A stretch of DNA of 64,000 bases from Nanobdellota archaeon (GTDB lineage: Archaea; Nanobdellota; Nanobdellia; Woesearchaeales; UBA9642), in the NCBI GenBank assembly GCA_041305085.1, contig JBFYMA010000022.1:484-64483 (forward strand), read 5' to 3'. Shown here one piece after another: positions 56,074 to 64,000 of this stretch (position 1 is its first letter; each line of letters opens with the position of its first letter). Both the position numbers and the translations under genes were made by a program. The notes under the pieces were generated by a model. That model made no database searches and was not told where the DNA came from. It saw nothing but the letters and a program-made list of their open reading frames with translations.

Positions 56074-58733
56074 GGGTTGTTTGAAGATTTCCTGATAAAC
56101 ATGTTAACAATTGCAGATGCAATTTTCTGCACAATGTACACTGCAATCACTGCAGCAATCAGTATTCCCCACACTTCAAAGCTTAATGGAGACAGCTCAA
56201 ATATTCTGTTAAGAGGGGTATAAATTATCGCCAGCTGCAGTATTATTGCTCCTCCTAGCGCCATCATCAAGTACTTATTGGAAAAGAATCTAATTTTGTA
56301 TTCAGACCTCACAATCTGTATTCTCAGGAACTGCATCAGAACCAGCAGCGTAAGTGTTACTGTTCTTGCTGTTAACACATCATAATTCTGAAGCATGTAT
56401 CTGAACAGCCAGATTGCTGCTGCAGTCATTATCAAACCCACCAAAAATATGTTGACAAATATTTTTTTTGATATTATATTTTCCTTGATATTTCTTGGAG
56501 GCTTTTCCATTATGCTCTTGCTGTGAGGGTCTATTCCCAAAGCCAAAGCTGGAGGCCCGTCCGTCACCAGGTTCATCCAAAGAATATGCAGTGCAGTAAG
56601 AGGAAGTATAAGCTTTCCTTCGCCATCCAAAAACCCAAGCCATCCTGCAAGGATCATTGCCGTAAATAAGACTAGTACTTCTGCAAGGTTTGTGCTCAGG
56701 AGATAGTTTACAAATTTTCTTATGTTGTCAAATATTCCCCTTCCCTCTTCAACAGCATTGACAATGCTGGCAAAGTTGTCATCAGTAAGTATCATGTCGC
56801 TTGCCTCTTTTGAAACGTCTGTTCCTGTTATGCCCATGGCTATCCCTATATCTGCACGCTTAAGCGCAGGTGCATCATTTACCCCATCTCCTGTCATTGC
56901 AACAACGTGCCCCTTCTTTTTAAGGGCTTCAACTATTTTCATTTTGTCTTTTGGATTTACTCTTGCGTATATTCCTATGTTTTCAACCTCTTTATCAAGG
57001 TCTATGCTCTGCAGCTCCTGGCCGTCAACAGCCCTGCCCTCTATTCCTATCTCTCTTCCTATAGCAACAGCAGTGCCTTTGTAGTCTCCTGTAATCATTA
57101 CAACTTTTATTCCTGCAGTCTTGCACTTCTGCACTGCTATTTTTACTTCTTCTCTTGGAGGGTCTATCATTCCCTGAAGCCCCACAAAAATAAGGTTTTT
57201 CTCCACTGATTTGATATTATCCTCTTTTTCGTTTTTTGCAAGAGGCCTATATGCAAACGCCAAAACCCTTAATGCTTCGCTGGAAAACTGCTCATTGGTT
57301 TTTTTTATCTGCTCAACATCCTTTTGGGTAATATTTCTTACTTTTCCGTTTATGAGTATTCTATTACAGACACCCAGCACAGAATCAGGTGCCCCTTTGA
57401 CAAGCGCAGACCTGTCTTTTCCATTCAGGATGTGGATTGTTGCCATTCTTTTTCTTTCGCTGTCAAATGGAATCTCGTTCAGCCTTGGATATTTTTCCCT
57501 TGTCTCAGGAATGCTGAAGTGGGCCTTGGCGGCAACAGCCAGCAGGCATCCCTCTGTTGGGTCTCCTGAAACAGTCCATTTTCCATCCTCGTGCATCAGC
57601 TGCGAGTCATTGCAGAGCACACCTATTTTCAAAAGCAGATCGTTTTTAATTTGTTTTGAAAATTTCCCTTCAGGAGAATAGCCTGAGCCTGACACTTCTA
57701 TGAGCTGGCTGTCAGTAAAAATCTTTTTTACAGTCATTTCGTTTTTTGTAAGTGTTCCTGTCTTGTCAGTGCAGATAACGCTTGTCCCTCCAAGAGTTTC
57801 AACGCTTGGAAGCTTTCTTATGAGCGCGCTTTTTTTGACCATTTTCTGTATTCCCATGGCAAGGGTTATTGTGACAACTGCAGGCAGCCCTTCCGGAACT
57901 GCAGCAACTGCCAATGAAACTGCAAACTCAAACATTTTCAGAATATCATTTCCGCCTATTATTCCTGTAACAAATACAATGATGCAGATTGCCAGCACAA
58001 GCATCCCTAATCTTTTTCCAAGCTTTTCCAGCTTTAGCTGCAGGGGAGTTGCAGTTTTTGGGGTTTCCTGGATAAGGCCTGCAATTTTTCCAATCTCTGA
58101 CTGCATGCCTGTGCCTGTAACAATTGCCTTTCCTCTTCCATTAACAACAGTTGTTCCTGAGTAGACCATATTGAGCCTGTCTGCAAGCACTTTGTCTGAA
58201 GCCATCTTTTCTGTTGTTTTCTCTACTCCTCCGCTCTCTCCTGTGAGTGCTGCTTCCTGAGTCTTGAGCTGGACTGCATCTATAAGCCTTGCATCTGCAG
58301 GAATCTTGTCTCCTGTTGCAAGAACAATAACATCTCCTGGAACAAGGTCATTTACATCAACATGGGTTTCTTTTCCATTCCTTATCACCAAAGCATTTAG
58401 GCTGGCCATCTTGCGCAGTGCCTCGATGCTTTTTTCTGCATTGTACTCCTGGATAAACCCAAATATTGAATTAAAGAGCAGAATCACGAATATTGCTATT
58501 GCATCAACCCATTCTCCTAAATATGCAGAAACAAGTGTTGCAAAAATAAGGATATATATAAGGAAATTGTTGAACTGCCTCAAAAATATCTTGAGCTTAG
58601 AGTCTCCTTTTTTGCAGACAAGCTCGTTTGAGCCGTACTGGGCAAGCCTGTTGCGGGCATCCTCATGGGAGATTCCAGTTTTTGAGCTCTTGAGCCTTGC
58701 AAAAACTTCACCAATAGATTCATCAAAGTACAT
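56070..58733 (-). CDS. cation-transporting P-type ATPase (P2-type, Ca2+-ATPase-like)
   Basis: Phosphorylation motif CTDKTGTLT, TGES actuator motif, MITGD, hinge GDGVNDAPAL, 10 TM. 887 aa. Confidence 0.88.
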   Translation of the reverse strand: MYFDESIGEVFARLKSSKTGISHEDARNRLAQYGSNELVCKKGDSKLKIFLRQFNNFLIYILIFATLVSAYLGEWVDAIAIFVILLFNSIFGFIQEYNAEKSIEALRKMASLNALVIRNGKETHVDVNDLVPGDVIVLATGDKIPADARLIDAVQLKTQEAALTGESGGVEKTTEKMASDKVLADRLNMVYSGTTVVNGRGKAIVTGTGMQSEIGKIAGLIQETPKTATPLQLKLEKLGKRLGMLVLAICIIVFVTGIIGGNDILKMFEFAVSLAVAAVPEGLPAVVTITLAMGIQKMVKKSALIRKLPSVETLGGTSVICTDKTGTLTKNEMTVKKIFTDSQLIEVSGSGYSPEGKFSKQIKNDLLLKIGVLCNDSQLMHEDGKWTVSGDPTEGCLLAVAAKAHFSIPETREKYPRLNEIPFDSERKRMATIHILNGKDRSALVKGAPDSVLGVCNRILINGKVRNITQKDVEQIKKTNEQFSSEALRVLAFAYRPLAKNEKEDNIKSVEKNLIFVGLQGMIDPPREEVKIAVQKCKTAGIKVVMITGDYKGTAVAIGREIGIEGRAVDGQELQSIDLDKEVENIGIYARVNPKDKMKIVEALKKKGHVVAMTGDGVNDAPALKRADIGIAMGITGTDVSKEASDMILTDDNFASIVNAVEEGRGIFDNIRKFVNYLLSTNLAEVLVLFTAMILAGWLGFLDGEGKLILPLTALHILWMNLVTDGPPALALGIDPHSKSIMEKPPRNIKENIISKKIFVNIFLVGLIMTAAAIWLFRYMLQNYDVLTARTVTLTLLVLMQFLRIQIVRSEYKIRFFSNKYLMMALGGAIILQLAIIYTPLNRIFELSPLSFEVWGILIAAVIAVYIVQKIASAIVNMFIRKSSNNP

Positions 58734-58913
58734 ATGCTTAATTCAAATGCTTTACTATTTAAAAGTTCGTCATTACTTGGAGAGAGTGGAATAAGGAGAG
58801 AGTGTATAATAACATTTCGTTGGGCTTTTTATGGGTGGATAATTTTTACGCATCAGGTTTTTCCTATGCTCACATTTGCTCGATTCTGTAGTTATGTATG
58901 TATAAGGGTTAGG

Positions 58914-59858
58914 TCAGAAATAAACCAATTTAAGATACTTGCGTATTGTAAACTCTTCAAAGTCTTTAATGCTTGGGAAGTTGTTCTTAAGTTCGGACAA
59001 TAGCTTGAAGTATTCTTCTCTTGAGGGTACTTCTACATCGAACTCGAAGTCGTTCAGGGAGATGGTTGTATCAATATAGGTAACATACTTGTTCATCTTC
59101 GAGAATTCCAAGAGCCTATCAAGTATAGAAAGGTCATTCAATACAAGATTGATCTTATAGTACTTGTATCCTATCCTATCAAGATTAAGGATTGCCTTAT
59201 AACCAAGTATAATCTTTTTTTGTTCAAGTCTTCTTATTCGAAAGGCGAGCGTGCGAACGGGAATTGCTATCCTCCTTGATAGTTCCAGCGTGGATACCCT
59301 TGCATCTGAGGATATTTCTTGCAAAATTCTTCTATCTGTCTCGTCTATCAGCTCTGTCTCTGATCCCCCTACGATCAATGAGTTAAAGTCTTTCCTTTCT
59401 CCTACGAAATATTCTCTAGAGAGGTGATAGACTTTTGTGAATATGGCCAGACTGTATCTTCCTATGTTTCTTTTGTATTTTTGCTTAAATTCTTGCCATA
59501 TATCTTTAAACTGATAGACTGAACTAACCCAACAGACAAACCCTGCATCATATATGCCGTCCATGGTTGAAAGAACGTGAATCTCAGGAAGTTTTTTCAG
59601 GCAGTTCAGGATCTCAGCCTCTTTTTGGGTGTCTGTGTCAATAAATCTCAGGTAAACTCTGAATCCTATAAGCCCAAGCTTTGAGTTGTCTATAAGTGCA
59701 TAATAGCCCAGTATATATTTTTCCCTTTCAAGGCGCGAGAGCCTGTAAGCGGCAGTGTTGGGATTAAGTCTTGTTTTTTTGGCAAGGATGTTTATAGGCA
59801 TCCTTGCATCTTCATCAAGGCACACCAATATACGAAAATCCTTAATATCAAGCTTCAT
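58914..59858 (-). CDS. tandem-duplicated Lrp/AsnC-family transcriptional regulator
   Basis: Two successive HTH+RAM-like units (FRILVCLDEDARMPINILAKKTRL...; RRILQEISSDARVSTLELSRRIAIP...). Confidence 0.65.
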   Translation of the reverse strand: MKLDIKDFRILVCLDEDARMPINILAKKTRLNPNTAAYRLSRLEREKYILGYYALIDNSKLGLIGFRVYLRFIDTDTQKEAEILNCLKKLPEIHVLSTMDGIYDAGFVCWVSSVYQFKDIWQEFKQKYKRNIGRYSLAIFTKVYHLSREYFVGERKDFNSLIVGGSETELIDETDRRILQEISSDARVSTLELSRRIAIPVRTLAFRIRRLEQKKIILGYKAILNLDRIGYKYYKINLVLNDLSILDRLLEFSKMNKYVTYIDTTISLNDFEFDVEVPSREEYFKLLSELKNNFPSIKDFEEFTIRKYLKLVYF

Positions 59859-59951
59859 TTTAATAATTAGGCTAATAAGTTTAAAAATATTGCTATTTTA
59901 ACAAAATATGTATACAAAAATTCATATATTTATTATCACTATACAGTAAGT

Positions 59952-60956
59952 ATGAAAGCCGAAACATACTTTGAAATCATGAACCAGGTGTCCAGATCAA
60001 CGAGACCTATACTGGAAAAGGCAATTGCAGGAGAAGATGATTGCATAGGCTACCGACTCATAAGAAGAAGGCTGGACAAGCCAAAGTTAAGAGATATCCT
60101 TGTATACGCAAGCTACAAGAGTGTATGCAACCAGGACTCAGAGAAAGTTTATCCTGTTTGCGCAGCAATGGAGCTGTTTAACTGCTCCACCTACGCATAC
60201 AACTGGATACTTGACCAAAAAGAAGATGTCCATACAGGAGAAGATGTCAACAAACTGATAATTGCAGGGATGCAAATGAGAGAGAAATCAGAGGAACTTC
60301 TCTTCTCCTATGGAAATGTGGAACTGATACAAAGGTTCTCAGAAGCACACAGAAAAATATATGATGCCCAATATATGGATCTCTTCAAGCTTACCTACAA
60401 TAAGTTTTCCACTGCATCCATGACAGATTTTGAGAACCTCTACGAGCAAAGGCTTAAAAACATAACAGGACATTTCATTGGCCTCTGTTGCTATGCTGGC
60501 GCAGCTGTTGGTGAAGACAAAAAGAATGCAGAAATACTTCATCAATATGGTGTGTTACTGGGCACAGCCGGGCAGCTCGTCAATGATCTGGGCGACTTCG
60601 TAGCATCTCCGCAAAAGGTTCTTGAGAAATCATATAAGGATCAGTTCAGCGATATACGCCAAGGAAAGTTAACTCTGGCTGCAAAGTACGCACTTACTCA
60701 CGGAACCAAACAAGAGCAAGAATCTCTTACTGATCTTATTGGCAACGCCAACCCCACAATAGAAGAGTTGGAGCGTTGCCAATCTGCCATAGTTAGCTCG
60801 GGAGCTGCAGAGTATGTAATGAAGAGGTCAAAAAACTATCGAAATGCTGCAAAGAAGGTGCTGCACCAGATTCCCGAATCGCATTGGCGGGACATATTAT
60901 CAGTGACCAGCGTGCACACACGCACGAACAAATACATCAAAAAACTATTTCGCTAA
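59952..60956 (+). CDS. trans-isoprenyl diphosphate synthase-like protein with degenerate Asp-rich motifs
   Basis: The region around QLVNDLGDFVASPQ...IRQGKLTL aligns with the second Asp-rich motif region of polyprenyl synthases (..DD..D.....GK...D...GK.TL) but reads NDLGD. No clear first DDxxD. Confidence 0.45.
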   Translation: MKAETYFEIMNQVSRSTRPILEKAIAGEDDCIGYRLIRRRLDKPKLRDILVYASYKSVCNQDSEKVYPVCAAMELFNCSTYAYNWILDQKEDVHTGEDVNKLIIAGMQMREKSEELLFSYGNVELIQRFSEAHRKIYDAQYMDLFKLTYNKFSTASMTDFENLYEQRLKNITGHFIGLCCYAGAAVGEDKKNAEILHQYGVLLGTAGQLVNDLGDFVASPQKVLEKSYKDQFSDIRQGKLTLAAKYALTHGTKQEQESLTDLIGNANPTIEELERCQSAIVSSGAAEYVMKRSKNYRNAAKKVLHQIPESHWRDILSVTSVHTRTNKYIKKLFR

Positions 60957-61047
60957 ACTGAACAATCATGATAAAACCAGCATTATTAGACACTCTCAAA
61001 ATAGCTAAATAACTAACTTTATTAACAACCTGTTTCTCTAACAAAGC

Positions 61048-62931
61048 ATGCAGTTCAACGGATTAACACTCGACATCTTCCAGGTAGATGCTATAAAAAG
61101 CCTTTCAAAAAACAACTCTGTTGTAGTCAGCGCGCCTACAGGCTGCGGCAAGACAGTGATTGCAGAGTACTTGATAGAGCAGGAGCTGAAAAAAAACAAA
61201 AGGGTTGTCTATACTGCTCCAATAAAGGCGCTGAGCAACCAGAAGTACAGGGATTTCAGCAGCCAGTTCGGAAAGGAAAAGATTGGTCTGATGACAGGGG
61301 ATGAAGTCATAAATCCCACTGCCCAGATAATAATTATGACCACAGAGATTTACAGGAACATGGTCCTTGTCAAGGATGAAAGCGTCCAGAACATCAGCTT
61401 TGTCGTGTTTGACGAAATCCATTACATAAATGATATAGAAAGGGGGTATGTGTGGGAGGAGTCAATAATTTTTTCTCCTGAAACAGTAAGGTTTGTCTGC
61501 CTTTCAGCCACAATCCCAAATGCTGAGGAGTTCTCAAGATGGATTGAGAAGATAAAAAACCACAAGGTTGACACAATCATATACACCCACAGGCCTGTGC
61601 CTCTGAAAAAGCTCTTTTATGCAGAGGATTTAGGGTTTGCAGAGCTGGAAAAAATCCAGGCAATGAAGAAAGCAGTGCCTTACAGAAAAGTTTTCAGGAA
61701 AAAAGGTGCTCTGCCAAGATTTCCCCTGCCAAACCACCTGAGCCTTGTAAGCCTTCTTGGAGAGGAAAAAACACCTATTCTTTTTTTTTGCTTTTCAAGG
61801 ATGACATGCCAGAAGTATGCAGAGCAGCTGGCAAAAAAAACAAACAAAACAAATCTTGATTCAATAAAGCTCATAAACGAAAAGCTCAAGACTGTTCCCA
61901 GAGAGGTTTCCATGCTGAAAACAACAGTTATACTGAGGGAGACCCTTCCAAAAGGTATCGGCTTCCACCATGCAGGGCTTATACCAGTACTCAAAGAGAT
62001 CGTTGAAGAGCTTTTCAGCAAAGGAATGATTGACGTGCTTTATGTTACTGAAACATTTGCTGTAGGAATAAACATGCCTGCAAAGACTGTCTGCTTCAAT
62101 GACCTGCGAAAGTTCAACGGAATAAATTTCTCCTATCTGAACAGCAAAGAATTTTTCCAGATGGCCGGAAGGGCAGGCAGAAGGGGAATGGACCTTGTGG
62201 GATTTGTGGTTTCAATGATAGACTACAGGTTTTTTGATATTGAAAGAATAAGAAAAATCACTTCAAAGGATGCTGAGCCTCTGCAGTCCCAGTTCAGGCT
62301 TTCAGTAAATACAGTGCTGAACATGATAAAAAGGCATTCTCATGAAGAGATTGATAAAATACTTGAGCAGTCATTTTTTGCGTTCCAGAAAAGCTCCACA
62401 AGCACTGTCAAGAGAACATATAAAAACCTTCTTGGAAGGCTTAAAAAGCTGGACTTTCTGGATGAGCAGCTAAGGCTTACTGAAAAAGGGGATTTTGCCT
62501 CAAGGATTTTCTGCGATGAAATAGTTTTTACAGAGCTCTTTTCAACAGGCTTCTGGAAAAAGCTCACAACATATGAGATAACACTAATAATTGCAGCAAT
62601 GGTTTATGAGCCAAAAAGAAACGCAAGGTTTTACAAAAATGTTTCTTCAACAATAGAGCATAGGTTAGAAACCTCAACCCTGGGAATCCTGGGAAAAAAA
62701 GCAAAGCAGATAGCCAACATGTCTTCAATAGTCTACCCTATTTTTTCAGGAAAAAGCTTTTTTGAGATGCTCAACAATACAAGCATGGACGAAGGTGACC
62801 TTATGAGGCTTTTCAGCCAGATACTTGACAGGCTTCAGCAGCTTTTGAGGGCTGCAGATGATTACGAGCTGAGGCAGAGGCTTGAAAGCTGCCTCTCAAC
62901 AGCGAGAGATTTCATTAAGGATATTTACTAG
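61048..62931 (+). CDS. superfamily 2 DEAD/DEAH-box helicase (Ski2/Hel308-like)
   Basis: Walker A APTGCGKT, DEIH box (VVFDEIHYI), SAT, helicase C motifs (HHAGL, QMAGRAGRRG). Confidence 0.8.
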   Translation: MQFNGLTLDIFQVDAIKSLSKNNSVVVSAPTGCGKTVIAEYLIEQELKKNKRVVYTAPIKALSNQKYRDFSSQFGKEKIGLMTGDEVINPTAQIIIMTTEIYRNMVLVKDESVQNISFVVFDEIHYINDIERGYVWEESIIFSPETVRFVCLSATIPNAEEFSRWIEKIKNHKVDTIIYTHRPVPLKKLFYAEDLGFAELEKIQAMKKAVPYRKVFRKKGALPRFPLPNHLSLVSLLGEEKTPILFFCFSRMTCQKYAEQLAKKTNKTNLDSIKLINEKLKTVPREVSMLKTTVILRETLPKGIGFHHAGLIPVLKEIVEELFSKGMIDVLYVTETFAVGINMPAKTVCFNDLRKFNGINFSYLNSKEFFQMAGRAGRRGMDLVGFVVSMIDYRFFDIERIRKITSKDAEPLQSQFRLSVNTVLNMIKRHSHEEIDKILEQSFFAFQKSSTSTVKRTYKNLLGRLKKLDFLDEQLRLTEKGDFASRIFCDEIVFTELFSTGFWKKLTTYEITLIIAAMVYEPKRNARFYKNVSSTIEHRLETSTLGILGKKAKQIANMSSIVYPIFSGKSFFEMLNNTSMDEGDLMRLFSQILDRLQQLLRAADDYELRQRLESCLSTARDFIKDIY

Positions 62932-62983
62932 AGCTGCTAAAACCACAGTAACTTATATAAATAGATGCACCAACTATATTCTT

Positions 62984-63805
62984 ATGGAGCATCAGGTGAC
63001 AGAGGAAGAGCTGAAAAACATGAGTCCTGAGCAGATTGCAGAGCTTCAAAAGCAGAACTGCATCTTCTGCAAGATAATCAGCGGAGAGATTCCTTCAAAA
63101 AAAGTCTTTGAAGACGAGTTCTGCACTGCCATCCTCGACATCAATCCAGCAAACGAAGGTCATGTGCTTATACTGCCGAAAGAGCACTACCAAATCCTTC
63201 CCCAGATCCCTGAAAATATTGTCGGAAAGCTGTTTGTGGTTGCAAAAGAGATTTCTCACTCAATACTCCAGGCTTTTGGCGCAAAAGGAACAAATATTTT
63301 TGTTGCAAATGGGCAGGTTGCTGGCCAAAGAGCTCCTCATTTCATGATTCATGTGTTCCAGAGGGCAGAGGGGGATGGGATTTTCAAAAACAATCCTTCA
63401 AAGCTTTCTGCCCAGGATATCCAAAAGCTGAAAAGCCATCTTGTTCCAAAAATTAGCAGGCTGTTTGGGAGCGGGGCAGAAGAAGAGTCTGCAAGCCTTC
63501 TCGAAACAGAAAGCATTGATCAAGACATGGTAAGGGATCTTCAGAGAAAAAAGCAGCAAGATGAAGAGCAGGAAGAAGACTCTTACAAGGATGACTTTGA
63601 AGAATATGACAAAGCTGAAGAAACAGAAAAAAGAAGCGATGCTGAAGGCGAAAAGCCAGAGAGCAAAGAGGATGAGAATAAAGACAAAAGCCCTGAAGAG
63701 GACAATGAAAACGAAGACGAGCATGAAGGAGAAGAACACCAGGATGTAGATATTGAGAGCGGAGAAAAATTTGACCTTGACAAGATAGGTGATTTGTTCA
63801 GATGA
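62984..63805 (+). CDS. HIT-family hydrolase with an acidic C-terminal tail
   Basis: HIT-like core (ILDINPANEGHVLILPKEH ... HFMIHVF histidine triad-like), followed by about 100 aa of D/E/K-rich low complexity. Start trimmed from 62882 to clear the helicase gene. Confidence 0.6.
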   Translation: MEHQVTEEELKNMSPEQIAELQKQNCIFCKIISGEIPSKKVFEDEFCTAILDINPANEGHVLILPKEHYQILPQIPENIVGKLFVVAKEISHSILQAFGAKGTNIFVANGQVAGQRAPHFMIHVFQRAEGDGIFKNNPSKLSAQDIQKLKSHLVPKISRLFGSGAEEESASLLETESIDQDMVRDLQRKKQQDEEQEEDSYKDDFEEYDKAEETEKRSDAEGEKPESKEDENKDKSPEEDNENEDEHEGEEHQDVDIESGEKFDLDKIGDLFR

Positions 63806-64000
63806 GCGAAGAATTTGAAAACATCGAAACCAGCCCAAGCTTTTTGTACTGGAATGAGAATATCATAATCATGCTTCCGGAAAAGCCGTTAAGCCCAGGT
63901 GAGCTGCAGATTTTTCCAAGAGAGCACTACACAATAATAGAGCAGGTCCCGAACAAAACTGTCTCAGAGCTGTTCAATGCAGCAAATTCTCTTTCAACAA
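63802..64000 (+). CDS. second HIT-like protein (5' part; runs off the window end)
   Basis: My own translation: MSEEFENIETSPSFLYWNENIIIMLPEKPLSPGELQIFPREHYTIIEQVPNKTVSELFNAANSLST, paralogous to the N-terminus of the upstream HIT gene. ATGA overlap. Confidence 0.5.
   Translation, partial: MSEEFENIETSPSFLYWNENIIIMLPEKPLSPGELQIFPREHYTIIEQVPNKTVSELFNAANSLST

Overview
This is an AT-rich (about 35% GC) archaeal chromosomal segment. Archaeal identity rests on an archaeal-type AlaRS and GlyRS, an RNase P RNA plus its Rpp21 protein subunit, XPD, a KH/Dim2-like protein, a Fap7-like kinase and tandem Lrp regulators. Genes are densely packed with many ATGA start/stop overlaps, and both Shine-Dalgarno-led and leaderless genes with TATA boxes occur. 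It is probably a small-genome (DPANN-like) archaeon (inference). It carries a notable set of bacterial-type metabolic genes: type I GAPDH, PGK, a Pta-AckA pair next to a two-subunit 2-oxoacid:ferredoxin oxidoreductase, a FabH-like KAS III, GlmS and a PurF-like enzyme. About 70 CDS are called, plus one confident ncRNA (RNase P RNA, not in the ORF track) and one GC-rich candidate structured RNA (55215-55552). The main unusual signal is a family of structured intergenic repeat elements: six full or partial copies with nested hairpins, a terminal stem showing compensatory changes between copies, and an oligo-T end. An IS5-like element of elevated GC sits beside a surface-glycan cluster (wecB, GT4, asnB-like). 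Other candidates worth follow-up: three tandem paralogous membrane proteins; a secreted 14 x 24-aa two-Cys repeat protein; a roughly 50-aa module shared by the AckA N-terminus and an ABC permease C-terminus; a parvulin PPIase fused to a thioredoxin-like domain lacking its CxxC; a PurF-like protein lacking the catalytic Cys1; and a translationally coupled two-gene module with a GIY-YIG-like nuclease at the window edge. No CRISPR array, rRNA or tRNA was recognised.
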